NCBI GenBank assembly: GCA_022841375.1
Contig: JALHRQ010000002.1
Coordinates: forward strand, 261,867 to 325,866
Direction of reading: 5' to 3'
Source of the DNA: Burkholderiales bacterium
GTDB lineage: Bacteria; Pseudomonadota; Gammaproteobacteria; Burkholderiales; SG8-41
Length of the DNA: 64,000 bases
A program made the position numbers and the translations under genes. The notes beneath the pieces were generated by a model, which was given only the letters and a program-made list of their open reading frames with translations, searched no databases and was not told where the DNA came from. Below, piece by piece: positions 10,971-24,949 of this stretch (its first letter is position 1; every line of letters starts with the position of its first letter).

Positions 10971-11825
10971 ATGGTCAAGATTAAGGGTTTAGGCCGCGGC
11001 CTCGACGCCCTGCTCGGCGATGACAGCGCGCCTGCAGCTGCGACAGGAGATGCGATAAACACGCTGCCGGTCACCGCGCTGCAGCCGGGCAAATACCAAC
11101 CGCGCACGCGCATGGATCAGGAAGCGCTGAATGCGCTGGCGGCCTCGATCAAGGCGCAGGGCATCATGCAGCCGATCCTGGTGCGCCCGGTCGGCGACGG
11201 CAAGCATGAAATCATCGCCGGCGAACGACGCTGGCGCGCAGCGCGCATTGCCGGCTTGAGCAGCGTACCGGTGCTGGTGCGCAACGTGCCCGATCAGCAG
11301 GCACTGGCGGTGGCGTTGATCGAAAACATCCAGCGCGAAGATCTTAATGCACTGGAAGAAGCGGCCGGCATCGAGCGCCTGATCCGCGAATTTGCACTCA
11401 CCCATCAGGCTGTCGCCGACGCTGTCGGCAAGTCGCGCGCGACGGTGACCAACCTGCTGCGCTTGCTTGAATTGCCGCCCCCGGTGCGTGAACTGCTGGC
11501 GCAGGGGCAAATCGAAATGGGCCACGCCCGCGCCTTGCTCGTACTGCCGGCGGATCAGCAGATCGCACTGGCGCGGGAAGCGGCTGCCGGCGGCTGGTCG
11601 GTGCGCGAGGTGGAGCGTCGCGTCGGCGATGGTCTGAGAAAAAACGTGCCGGGCGGCAAACGCAAAATGCGCAAGGATCGCGATGTTGCCCGCCTTGAAG
11701 AAGAATGGTCGGATCGACTGGGCACTGTTGTTCAGATCAAATCCGGTGCCAAGGGCAGCGGTCGCCTGGTTATCAGCTACCGAACGCTGGAACAACTCGA
11801 TGACCTGCTGGCCCGCCTCAAGTAA
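10971..11825 (+). CDS. parB: Chromosome partitioning protein ParB
   Basis: LGRGLDALL, YQPR, IIAGERRWRA, ENIQREDL. Confidence 0.97.
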   Translation: MVKIKGLGRGLDALLGDDSAPAAATGDAINTLPVTALQPGKYQPRTRMDQEALNALAASIKAQGIMQPILVRPVGDGKHEIIAGERRWRAARIAGLSSVPVLVRNVPDQQALAVALIENIQREDLNALEEAAGIERLIREFALTHQAVADAVGKSRATVTNLLRLLELPPPVRELLAQGQIEMGHARALLVLPADQQIALAREAAAGGWSVREVERRVGDGLRKNVPGGKRKMRKDRDVARLEEEWSDRLGTVVQIKSGAKGSGRLVISYRTLEQLDDLLARLK

Positions 11826-11912
11826 TACCCTGCGCCGCAGCGCAACATTATTTGACGCTACTTTGTCGTTAATTGTAAAATTTGGGGATTTTCCGAGCCG
11901 GTCCCGGTCATT

Positions 11913-12284
11913 TTGCACTGCGGGACACGGGTGACAGTCATGCTGGTAGCTGCTGTTCAGGCAGCGATCATCGCATTGATCACATTACTCGCGTGGTGGT
12001 GGGCGGGGGCCGCAGTGGCGCAGGCGGTTGCCGCGGGCGGTGGATGTGCCTGGGCCGGAACACTGGCTTATGCCGCAGGTCAGGCGCTGGTTCCGGGACG
12101 CAGTGCATCACGGCTGCTGTGGGGACATCTGATCGGTGAAGCGGCAAAAGTTGCTGTTGCCCTGGGTCTGCTGTTCTGGGGACTGAGCGGGGACCGGGGT
12201 TACGCCGCCGGACCGTTTCTTGCAGGTTTCATCATGGCATTGCTGGCCTACCCGCTGGCGATGCCGCTGATAAAAAGTAAGTAA
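11913..12284 (+). CDS. atpI: ATP synthase protein I (start uncertain)
   Basis: Small hydrophobic 4-TM ORF with GE..K motif immediately before atpB. Confidence 0.7.
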   Translation: MHCGTRVTVMLVAAVQAAIIALITLLAWWWAGAAVAQAVAAGGGCAWAGTLAYAAGQALVPGRSASRLLWGHLIGEAAKVAVALGLLFWGLSGDRGYAAGPFLAGFIMALLAYPLAMPLIKSK

Positions 12285-13121
<837 letters not shown>

Positions 13122-13190
13122 GGCTGGATTGCTGAACAACCGGAACGCAGATTCGCTGTATTTAAATTCGCCGTAATTACTTTGTTATAG

Positions 13191-13478
<288 letters not shown>

Positions 13479-13502
13479 CCGGCCCTCTGACAGAAAACAG
13501 CC

Positions 13503-13973
13503 ATGAACATCAACGCCACCCTGTTTGTCCAGGCGCTGTCGTTTGCGGCGCTGATCTGGTTCTCGGTCCGTTTCGTCTGGCCGATGATCACCGACGCGAT
13601 GGACGAGCGTACCAAGCGCATTGCCGACGGCCTTGCTGCTGCCGAAGCCGGCAAGCTCTCGCTTGAGCGCTCGGCCAAGCAGGCCGACGAGTCGATCGCC
13701 CAGGCCCGCGGACGTGTGACGGAGATTCTGACCCAGGCCGAAAAACGCGCCAGTCAGATGATCGAGGAAGCCAAAGCCACCGCCAAGGTCGAAGGCGACC
13801 GTCTGGTGGCCGGCGCCAAGGCTGAAATCGAGCAGGAAGTTGCCCGCGCGCGCGAGACACTGCGCACCCAAGTTGCGGCACTTGCCGTGGCCGGTGCCGA
13901 GCAGATCCTCAAACGCGAAGTCGACGCCAAGGCGCATGCCGATCTGATCGCCGCCGTGCAGAAACAGCTCTGA
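13503..13973 (+). CDS. atpF: F0 ATP synthase subunit b
   Basis: MNINATL...VWP...[10 protein letters not shown]. Confidence 0.97.
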   Translation: MNINATLFVQALSFAALIWFSVRFVWPMITDAMDERTKRIADGLAAAEAGKLSLERSAKQADESIAQARGRVTEILTQAEKRASQMIEEAKATAKVEGDRLVAGAKAEIEQEVARARETLRTQVAALAVAGAEQILKREVDAKAHADLIAAVQKQL

Positions 13974-13980
13974 TTCCGCT

Positions 13981-14517
13981 ATGGCCGAACCCGTCACCAT
14001 CGCCCGACCCTATGCCGAAGCGGCGTTCAAGCTCGCCCGCGAGCAGAACACGCTGCCCGCATGGTCCGCTGCGCTCGAACTGATCAATGCGGTTGTTGCT
14101 GATGCTCAGATCGCCGCACTGATCGACGCCCCGAACGTCGGAGCCGCTCAGCTGGAGGGTGTGATCATCGGCGCCGTCGGCAAGCATCTCTCCGGCGAAG
14201 CGCGCAATTTCGTGCAGGTGCTGGTGCAGAACCGTCGCCTGGGACTGATTGCCCTGATCCGCGACATGTTCGAAGCGCTGCGCCGCGAGCACGAAGGCGC
14301 AATGGAGGCGACCGTGGTGTCGGCACTGCCGATGGCCGACGGCCAGCTGCAGTCGCTGGTGGCTACGCTGGAAAAGAAGTACGGCCGCAAGATCACGGCC
14401 AAAGTCGAAATCGATCCGAAACTCATCGGCGGCCTGAAGATCCTGGTCGGCGACAAAGTCATTGATGCAACGGTGCGTGGCAAGCTGGACGCGATGGCCG
14501 CCGCACTCACCCACTAA
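13981..14517 (+). CDS. atpH: F1 ATP synthase subunit delta
   Basis: TIARPYAEA, LIGG...GDKVIDAT. Confidence 0.97.
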   Translation: MAEPVTIARPYAEAAFKLAREQNTLPAWSAALELINAVVADAQIAALIDAPNVGAAQLEGVIIGAVGKHLSGEARNFVQVLVQNRRLGLIALIRDMFEALRREHEGAMEATVVSALPMADGQLQSLVATLEKKYGRKITAKVEIDPKLIGGLKILVGDKVIDATVRGKLDAMAAALTH

Positions 14518-14534
14518 GGTATTAGGAGCAACAC

Positions 14535-16076
<1,542 letters not shown>

Positions 16077-16122
16077 GCGCGCGAACAATATAATTAACCG
16101 TTTAAAAACAGATACTTAAGAC

Positions 16123-16986
16123 ATGGCTGGCTCGAAGGAAATCCGCACCAAGATCAAGAGCGTGCAAAACACGCGCAAGATCACCAAAGCGATGGAAATG
16201 GTCGCGGCCTCGAAAATGCGGCGCGCCCAGGAACGCATGCGCGCGACGCGGCCGTACGTCGAAAAGATCCGCAACATCGCAGCCAACATCAGCCACGCCA
16301 ATCCGGAGTACCGCCACCCCTTTTTGGTGTCGCGCGATTCGGTCAAGCGTGTCGGCATCATCGTCGTTACCACCGACAAAGGTCTGTGCGGTGGTCTCAA
16401 CACCAATGCCCTGCGTCTTGCGATGAACAAGATCAAGGAACTGGAAACGCAGGGCGAAGAAATCGAAGTCTGCACCATCGGCAACAAGGGCCTGGGTTTC
16501 ATGCAGCGCCTTGGCGCCAAGATCGTCTCTCAGGTGACCGGACTCGGCGACAAACCGCACATGGACAATCTGATCGGTGCGGTCAAGGTGATGCTTGACG
16601 GTTATACCAGCGACCGCTTCGATCGCTTGCTGATCATCTATACCAAGTTCGTCAACACGATGAAGCAGGAAGCGGTGGTCGAGCAAGTGCTGCCGCTGGC
16701 GGGCGATGCGCTGGGCGCGCCGGGCGGCACCTGGGACTACATCTATGAGCCGGACGCCCAGGGCGTGCTGGATCAGGTGATGACCCGTTACATTGAATCG
16801 CTGATTTACCAGTCGGTGGCCGAGAACATGGCTTCCGAGCAGTCCGCACGGATGGTGGCCATGAAAGCGGCCTCTGACAACGCGGGCAGCGTGATTGACG
16901 AATTGACACTGATTTACAACAAGACGCGACAGGCTTCCATTACCAAGGAGCTGTCGGAGATTGTCGGCGGAGCAGCGGCTGTTTGA
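16123..16986 (+). CDS. atpG: F1 ATP synthase subunit gamma
   Basis: [28 protein letters not shown]. Confidence 0.98.
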   Translation: MAGSKEIRTKIKSVQNTRKITKAMEMVAASKMRRAQERMRATRPYVEKIRNIAANISHANPEYRHPFLVSRDSVKRVGIIVVTTDKGLCGGLNTNALRLAMNKIKELETQGEEIEVCTIGNKGLGFMQRLGAKIVSQVTGLGDKPHMDNLIGAVKVMLDGYTSDRFDRLLIIYTKFVNTMKQEAVVEQVLPLAGDALGAPGGTWDYIYEPDAQGVLDQVMTRYIESLIYQSVAENMASEQSARMVAMKAASDNAGSVIDELTLIYNKTRQASITKELSEIVGGAAAV

Positions 16987-17028
16987 CGCTGTCGCACAAT
17001 CTGATTGTTTGACGACATTTTGATTTAG

Positions 17029-18438
<1,410 letters not shown>

Positions 18439-18450
18439 GGCGTATCCGAC

Positions 18451-18876
18451 ATGACAACCCCTACCATGCACGTCGATGTCGTCAGCGCGGAAGAGCAGAT
18501 CTATTCCGGTGAAGCTGAATTTGTCGTGCTGCCCGGTGAGGCCGGCGAGCTGGGCATCTATCCCCGGCACACGCCGCTGATCACACGCATCAAGCCGGGC
18601 GAAGTTCGCATCAAGCCGGCCGACGGCGGCGCCGAGGAATTCATCTTCGTTGCCGGCGGCGTGCTGGAAGTCCAGCCCAAAGGCGTGACCGTGCTGGCCG
18701 ACACCGCGATCCGCGGCGCCGACCTGGACGAGGCCAAGGCGACCGAAGCGCTCAAGCAGGCCGAGGAAGCCCGCAAGAACGCCCAGGGCAAACAGGAAGT
18801 CGCGACCGTCGAGGCCGAGCTGGCCATGCTCGGCGCGCAACTGGCTTCGATCCGCAAGCTGCGCGGCAAACGCTGA
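18451..18876 (+). CDS. atpC: F1 ATP synthase subunit epsilon
   Basis: [19 protein letters not shown]. Confidence 0.97.
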   Translation: MTTPTMHVDVVSAEEQIYSGEAEFVVLPGEAGELGIYPRHTPLITRIKPGEVRIKPADGGAEEFIFVAGGVLEVQPKGVTVLADTAIRGADLDEAKATEALKQAEEARKNAQGKQEVATVEAELAMLGAQLASIRKLRGKR

Positions 18877-18894
18877 TCCCGGCGTCTTTGCTTG

Positions 18895-18922
18895 AAAAAG
18901 GGCAGCCGAAGTTGCCCTTTTT
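18895..18922 (+). terminator. Rho-independent terminator after the atp operon
   Basis: AAAAAGGGCAGC-CGAA-GTTGCCCTTTTT hairpin with T-tract. Confidence 0.85.
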
Positions 18923-18972
18923 GTTTGCAGTCCGGCGCAGCATGACGCGCAACGCCATGCGATAATTTTCCC

Positions 18973-20346
18973 ATGCGCTTCCAAGTTGTGATTCTCGCCG
19001 CAGGCCAGGGCAAGCGGATGAACTCCGATCTGCCCAAAGTGCTGCACCCACTCGCCGGCAAGTCTCTGCTGGGTCATGTCGTCGAGACCGCGCGCGAACT
19101 GGCCTCCGAACATATCTGCGTAGTGCATGGCCATGGCGGCGAACAGGTGAAAGCCGCGCTGACCGGCGACGATCTGGCATATGCGCTGCAGGCGCCGCAA
19201 CTCGGCACCGGGCACGCGCTGCAGCAGGCCTTGCCGCATCTGACCAAAGCGCCGGTTACGCTGGTGCTGTACGGCGACGTGCCGCTGGTGCGTGCGGCGA
19301 CGCTGCGTACCTTGCTTGAAGCCGCGGGCAAAGGCGCTGCGGTGCTGACCGCCGTATTGGATGATCCGACGGGCTACGGCCGCATCCTGCGCAACAAGGC
19401 CGGCCGCGTCACCGGTATCGTTGAACAGAAGGATGCCACCGCCATCCAGCGGCGCATCCGCGAGATCAATACCGGCATCATGGCGTTGCCGACGGTGAAA
19501 CTGGCGCAGTGGCTGCCGAAACTGCAGAACCGCAATGCACAGAAGGAGTATTACCTGACCGACGTCATCGCGCTGGCGGTCAAGGACCGCCTGCCAGTGG
19601 TGGGCGTTAAGGCTGACGATGCCGGCGAGACCGAAGGCGTCAACAGTCGCGTGCAGCTGGCCCGGCTGGAGCGGGCTTATCAGTTGCGGCTGGCGTCGCA
19701 CCTGCTGGATGCCGGCGTCACGCTGGTGGATCCGCAGCGTTTCGATCAGCGCGGCACGCTGCAATGCGGCCGCGATGTGCAGATCGACGTCAATTGCGTG
19801 TTCGAAGGCACGGTAAGCCTGGCTGATGGCGTCAGCATCGGCGCCAACTGCATCGTCAGGGATGTCGCGATCGGCGCCGGTACGCGCATTGAACCGTTTT
19901 GCCATCTCGACGGTGCGCAGATCGGTGCGGGCTGTCGTATCGGGCCTTATGCCCGCATCCGACCCGGCTCGCAACTGGCCGCCGAAGTGCATATCGGCAA
20001 TTTTGTCGAAATCAAGGCCAGTGACATCGGTGACGGCTCCAAGGCCAACCACCTGTCCTACGTCGGCGATTCGACGGTCGGCCGCAACGTCAATATCGGC
20101 GCCGGCACCATCACCTGCAACTACGACGGTGCCAACAAACATCGCACGGTGATCGAAGACGATGTGCATATCGGTTCGGATGCGCAGCTGGTGGCGCCGG
20201 TGCGTGTTGCCCGCGGAGTAACGGTCGGTGCGGGGACGACGGTGTGGAAAGACACGCCCGAGGGCGGGCTGATCATCAATCCCAAAGTCCAGGAACACCG
20301 CGCCGGCTGGCAGCGGCCGCGCAAGTCGATCAAGGCCAAAAAATGA
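18973..20346 (+). CDS. glmU: Bifunctional UDP-GlcNAc pyrophosphorylase / GlcN-1-P acetyltransferase
   Basis: [22 protein letters not shown], hexapeptide repeats, NYDGANK. Confidence 0.98.
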   Translation: MRFQVVILAAGQGKRMNSDLPKVLHPLAGKSLLGHVVETARELASEHICVVHGHGGEQVKAALTGDDLAYALQAPQLGTGHALQQALPHLTKAPVTLVLYGDVPLVRAATLRTLLEAAGKGAAVLTAVLDDPTGYGRILRNKAGRVTGIVEQKDATAIQRRIREINTGIMALPTVKLAQWLPKLQNRNAQKEYYLTDVIALAVKDRLPVVGVKADDAGETEGVNSRVQLARLERAYQLRLASHLLDAGVTLVDPQRFDQRGTLQCGRDVQIDVNCVFEGTVSLADGVSIGANCIVRDVAIGAGTRIEPFCHLDGAQIGAGCRIGPYARIRPGSQLAAEVHIGNFVEIKASDIGDGSKANHLSYVGDSTVGRNVNIGAGTITCNYDGANKHRTVIEDDVHIGSDAQLVAPVRVARGVTVGAGTTVWKDTPEGGLIINPKVQEHRAGWQRPRKSIKAKK

Positions 20347-20362
20347 AAAGGCAACACTAGCC

Positions 20363-22192
20363 ATGTGTGGCATCGTCGGCGCCATCGCCGCCCGCGACAT
20401 CGTGCCGGTACTGATTGAAGGTCTGAAACGCCTCGAATACCGCGGCTATGATTCAGCGGGCATTGCCGTGATCATCGGCCACAAACTGCAGCGGGTGCGC
20501 AGCACCGGCCGCGTTGCTGAACTGGAACGCATTGCGCAGACCACCGATGTCACCGGTTTGATCGGCATTGCGCATACCCGGTGGGCGACGCATGGTGCGC
20601 CTTCCGAAAAAAACGCCCATCCCCATGTGTCCGGCGGCGTGTCGGTGGTGCATAACGGCATTATCGAAAACCACGAGGAGATGCGCGATAAGCTACGCGG
20701 CCACGGTTACCGCTTCGTGTCGGATACCGACACCGAAGTCATTGCCCATCTGGTGCATTGGCACCTGAATGCATGCGGTAACCTGTTCGAAGCCGTACGC
20801 CGCAGTCTCGCTGAACTGGTCGGCGCCTACGCCATCGCGGTCATCAACGAAGCCGACGATCAGCGGCTGGTGGTGGCGCGCATGGGTGCGCCGCTGCTGC
20901 TCGGGCTGGGGAATGGGCAGAATTTTGCGGCCTCCGATGCCTCGGCGCTGGTGCAGGTCACCCAACGCATCGTCTATCTCGAAGAAGGCGATTGCGCGGA
21001 ACTGGCGCGGGAGCACATCCGCATTGTCGATATCAACGGGCAGCCGGTGATACGCGCGGAACAGTTATCGCAACTGACCGCGGCTGCGGTCGAGCTCGGC
21101 CATTACCAGCATTACATGCAGAAGGAAATCTTCGAACAGCCGATGGCCGTCGCCAACACATTGGAGATGGTGACTAATGCGCGTGCCATCGTGCCCCAGC
21201 TGTTTGGTGTGGGTGCGGAAGAAATATTCAGTAAAATCAATGGGATAGTGATACTGGCTTGCGGCACCAGCTATCACGCCGGCATGGTCGCGCGGTACTG
21301 GATCGAATCCCTCGCCGGTCTGCCCTGCGACGTCGAGATCGCCAGCGAGTATCGCTATCGCGAGCCGTACAACAATCCCGATGCACTGGTGGTGACGATT
21401 TCACAGTCGGGTGAAACCGCGGACACGCTGGCGGCGTTGCAATACGCCAAATTGCGCGGTCATCGCCACAGCCTGTCGATCTGCAATGTGCCGGAATCAG
21501 CGTTGGTGCGCGCGTCAGACCTGCGCTTCCTGACCCGCGCCGGTCCCGAGATCGGCGTGGCTTCGACCAAGGCCTTTACGACACAGTTGGCGGCGCTGGT
21601 GCTGCTGACCATGGCCTTGGCGAAACAGCGCGGGCGATTGTCACCGGAGAAAGAGACCGAACTGCTGCACGCGCTGCGTCATCTGCCGTCGGCATTGACC
21701 CATGTGCTGCAGGCCGAACCGGCGATGGCCGGATGGGCGGCAAAATTTGCGCACAAAGAGCACATGTTATTCCTCGGCCGCGGCATCCATTATCCGATTG
21801 CGATGGAGGGCGCGCTGAAGATGAAGGAGATTACCTACATCCACGCCGAAGCCTATGCCGCCGGCGAGCTGAAACACGGTCCGCTGGCGCTGGTCGATCG
21901 CAACATGCCGGTGGTGGCAGTGGCGCCGAAAGACGCGCTGCTGGAAAAACTCAAATCGAATCTGCAGGAAGTGCGGGCGCGCGGCGGTGAACTTTATGTG
22001 CTCGCCGACCAGGACACGCGCATCGAATCCGGTGATGGCGTGCACGTGATCCACCTGTCGGATCATGCCGGACTGCTGTCGCCGATCCTGCACACGGTGC
22101 CGCTGCAACTGCTGGCTTATCATACCGCGCTGCATCGCGGAACGGACGTCGACAAGCCGCGCAATCTCGCCAAGTCGGTGACGGTCGAATAA
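20363..22192 (+). CDS. glmS: Glutamine--fructose-6-phosphate transaminase
   Basis: [33 protein letters not shown]. Confidence 0.99.
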   Translation: MCGIVGAIAARDIVPVLIEGLKRLEYRGYDSAGIAVIIGHKLQRVRSTGRVAELERIAQTTDVTGLIGIAHTRWATHGAPSEKNAHPHVSGGVSVVHNGIIENHEEMRDKLRGHGYRFVSDTDTEVIAHLVHWHLNACGNLFEAVRRSLAELVGAYAIAVINEADDQRLVVARMGAPLLLGLGNGQNFAASDASALVQVTQRIVYLEEGDCAELAREHIRIVDINGQPVIRAEQLSQLTAAAVELGHYQHYMQKEIFEQPMAVANTLEMVTNARAIVPQLFGVGAEEIFSKINGIVILACGTSYHAGMVARYWIESLAGLPCDVEIASEYRYREPYNNPDALVVTISQSGETADTLAALQYAKLRGHRHSLSICNVPESALVRASDLRFLTRAGPEIGVASTKAFTTQLAALVLLTMALAKQRGRLSPEKETELLHALRHLPSALTHVLQAEPAMAGWAAKFAHKEHMLFLGRGIHYPIAMEGALKMKEITYIHAEAYAAGELKHGPLALVDRNMPVVAVAPKDALLEKLKSNLQEVRARGGELYVLADQDTRIESGDGVHVIHLSDHAGLLSPILHTVPLQLLAYHTALHRGTDVDKPRNLAKSVTVE

Positions 22193-22210
22193 CAACCGTT
22201 TGACGGGACT

Positions 22211-22996
22211 TCAGCCTTTGCGGCGCGGTTTGCGTCCGGACTTGGCTGCCAGCGGATCGTAAATCAACCGCGGCAATACGTGCATCAGCCGTGCAACGAT
22301 CGCCATCTGCCAGGGGATCACCGCATAGGTTTTGCGGCAGGCGATAACGGCGGCGATTTTTTCTGCAGCGATATCCGCCGTCATGATGAACGGCATCCGG
22401 TACGGATTGTGTGAAGTCATCGCAGTGACAATATAACCCGGGCAGATGGTGATCACGGTGATGCCGCTGCCGCGCAGTTCCACGCGCAGGCTTTCCAGAT
22501 AACTGATCGCCGCGGCTTTTGACGCGGAATACGCGCCCGAACCCGGCAGCCCGCGATATCCCGCAACGCTGGCAATGCCCACCAGCACGCCGCCGCCGCG
22601 CCCCCGCATCGCGGCAATGTATGGCTGGAAAGTATTCATCATGCCGATGACATTGATGTCGAACACGTCGCGGAAAGCCTGTTCGTCTTCGGGCGCCTCG
22701 GTCAGCGTACCGATACTGACGCCGGCGTTGGCGATGACAATGTCCGGGATGCCGTGCCGGCCACTGAAGTCCGCAGCTGCTTCACGCATCGCTGCCGAGT
22801 CACGGACATCGGCCGCGTAGGTTGCACACGGGCTGGCGCAGGCGGCTGCAAAACGTTCGAGTTCGTGGGCACGCCGTGCGATCAAGCCTAGAGTGGCGCC
22901 TGCAGCGGCGTAGTGTCGGGCAATGGCGGCGCCGAGGCCGCCTGACGCGCCGGTGATGACAACGTGTCCGGTGGACGCCGCAGTCATTGTGTGCAT
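22211..22996 (-). CDS. Short-chain dehydrogenase/reductase
   Basis: TGASGGLG, NAG, YSASK. Confidence 0.9.
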   Translation of the reverse strand: MHTMTAASTGHVVITGASGGLGAAIARHYAAAGATLGLIARRAHELERFAAACASPCATYAADVRDSAAMREAAADFSGRHGIPDIVIANAGVSIGTLTEAPEDEQAFRDVFDINVIGMMNTFQPYIAAMRGRGGGVLVGIASVAGYRGLPGSGAYSASKAAAISYLESLRVELRGSGITVITICPGYIVTAMTSHNPYRMPFIMTADIAAEKIAAVIACRKTYAVIPWQMAIVARLMHVLPRLIYDPLAAKSGRKPRRKG

Positions 22997-23000
22997 GTGT

Positions 23001-23660
23001 TCAGCGTGTGGCCCGTACCCGGAACAGCAGGCCGTCGAGGATCGGTATCAGGCCGTCGAGGGTTTCCGACATGCTCCCGGAAGTGAGGTAACGGCCGTCG
23101 ACCACCAGCGACGGCGTGCCGGTCACGCTGTAAGCGCGGGTCAACTGAACTGCTTCTTCCACCTTGCGCTGCACAGTCATTGAGTTGTAAGTCTCATTCC
23201 AGCGATCACTCGTGATGCCGTTGCGTACAGCCCACTCGGACATGGCTTCTGGACGGCTCATCGCAAGTTCTTCGACGTGATAACTGAAGTAGGCGCGTTG
23301 GTGCAGGCGTTCGACTTCTCCCAGTGCTTCCAGCGTGTAATAAACCCGTGCGTGAGGCGCCCAGTTTTCACGCAGCACGGCGGGAATACGTCGCACCGTG
23401 ACATCCGCGGGCTTGCGACTGATCCAGCGCTCGAACAGGGGTTGCAGGCTGTTGCAATACGGGCAGCCATACCAGAAAAATTCGATGACTTCGATCTGTG
23501 TCGCCGGCACCTGTACTGGCTGCTTGGAGATTACCCGGTAATCGATTTCAGCGCGGATCGGTTTCTGCGATGCCGCTTGCTGCGCAAAGGCAGGGTGCAC
23601 CAGCAGCAAGGTGTGGAGGGCAAAAACAAAGGCGCAGAGAATCGCCGGCCCTCGGCGCAT
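23001..23660 (-). CDS. dsbA: Thiol:disulfide interchange protein, DsbA family (CPYC paralog)
   Basis: Signal peptide, EFFWYGCPYC, cis-Pro loop VTGTP. Confidence 0.85.
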   Translation of the reverse strand: MRRGPAILCAFVFALHTLLLVHPAFAQQAASQKPIRAEIDYRVISKQPVQVPATQIEVIEFFWYGCPYCNSLQPLFERWISRKPADVTVRRIPAVLRENWAPHARVYYTLEALGEVERLHQRAYFSYHVEELAMSRPEAMSEWAVRNGITSDRWNETYNSMTVQRKVEEAVQLTRAYSVTGTPSLVVDGRYLTSGSMSETLDGLIPILDGLLFRVRATR

Positions 23661-23662
23661 GA

Positions 23663-24331
23663 TTACTTGCCTTTACCCTTGCGTGCTTCGACGATCAGCG
23701 CGTCGACCACCTCAAAGTAGCGGTCGTAGTCGATGACGCGCTCGGACTTCATGGTCATCGACGGTGATGCGATGAATTTGCCGTCGATCACCAGTGCCGG
23801 CGTGCCGGGGATGTCGAACTTGCGGGTCAGTTCGATCGAACGCTGGGTCTTGCCGTTGACGCCGAACGAGTTGAAGGTATCGGTGAATTTCTTGCGGTCC
23901 ACCCCTTTGCCGGCCGCCCAGTCAATGATGGCATTGGCATCCTTCAGAGTGACACGCTGCTTGTGCAGCGTCGCAAACATGTCCTGGTGCAGCTTGTCCA
24001 CCAGGCCCATGGCTTCGAAGGTGTAATAGGCGCGGGTCAGCGGAACCCATGAATCCTGGAAAACCGCGGGGACGCGTTTGAAATCGACATCCGATGGCTT
24101 GCGCTTGAGCCACACTTCCAGCGGAGGCTGCAGGTTGGCGCAGTGCGGGCAGCCGTACCAGAAAAATTCCAGCACCTCGACCTTGTTGCCGCTGTCGGTC
24201 GGTTGCGGCGGTTTCACCACCAGGTATTCCTTGCCCGCAACAGGCGATTGGGAGGCTTGTACGGGGGCGGTCAAGCACAGGGCAAGGCCGGCAGCAGCCA
24301 GCATGCGCAGGAACAAAGCAGTCAATCGCAT
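23663..24331 (-). CDS. dsbA: Thiol:disulfide interchange protein DsbA (CPHC)
   Basis: Signal peptide, EFFWYGCPHC, IPGTP. Confidence 0.92.
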   Translation of the reverse strand: MRLTALFLRMLAAAGLALCLTAPVQASQSPVAGKEYLVVKPPQPTDSGNKVEVLEFFWYGCPHCANLQPPLEVWLKRKPSDVDFKRVPAVFQDSWVPLTRAYYTFEAMGLVDKLHQDMFATLHKQRVTLKDANAIIDWAAGKGVDRKKFTDTFNSFGVNGKTQRSIELTRKFDIPGTPALVIDGKFIASPSMTMKSERVIDYDRYFEVVDALIVEARKGKGK

Positions 24332-24351
24332 GGCATCTCCATAGGACAGCG

Positions 24352-24948
24352 TTATTTATCGGCGTCGCGGACTTTGATCAGTGTCGTGTCGATGCCGTTG
24401 TTCTTCAGAGTGTCGCGGGTGCGGTTCAGTTCCTCAACACTGCCATAAGGACCGAGCCGGACCCGGTGCCAGACGCCGCGGTCGGGCAGGGTTGTCGTTT
24501 GAATCGAAGCCTGGACCCCGAGCAGCGCCAGGCGTGCTTTCAGGTTGTCCGCGTCCGGGGCGTTCTGGAATGCGCCCGCCTGCAGGTAAAAGGATTCCTT
24601 GGCTGCACTGGGGGCACTTTTGGCGTCGCGCAGCTGCTGGTCGGTGGCCGGCTCCTCGACCCCGGGCAGGATTTTGTAGAAATCGAAACGCGGTTTGGTT
24701 TCCGCAGCCTTGCCGTTTTTGTCAGCGCCTTTGGCCTGATCTGCCGCGGGTTTCGCTGCCTCCGGTTTTGCCGGTGGCGCTTTTTGCTGGAAAGGATTGG
24801 GCATCTTGTTGATGTACCAGGCCACGCCCAGCGCGATGCCCAGGCCCAGCACCAGCCCGATCAGGATGCCGATGAACATTGATCCGCCGCCGCTGCGGGA
24901 TGCGGACTTGCGTTCACTGCCTTTGTAGTCTCTGCTCACGGCGGCCAT
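24352..24948 (-). CDS. SPOR-domain cell division protein (FtsN-like)
   Basis: N-terminal TM helix, FDFYKILP, LQAGAF...HRVRLGP SPOR domain; argS-SPOR-dsbA synteny. Confidence 0.88.
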   Translation of the reverse strand: MAAVSRDYKGSERKSASRSGGGSMFIGILIGLVLGLGIALGVAWYINKMPNPFQQKAPPAKPEAAKPAADQAKGADKNGKAAETKPRFDFYKILPGVEEPATDQQLRDAKSAPSAAKESFYLQAGAFQNAPDADNLKARLALLGVQASIQTTTLPDRGVWHRVRLGPYGSVEELNRTRDTLKNNGIDTTLIKVRDADK

Positions 24949-24949
24949 C

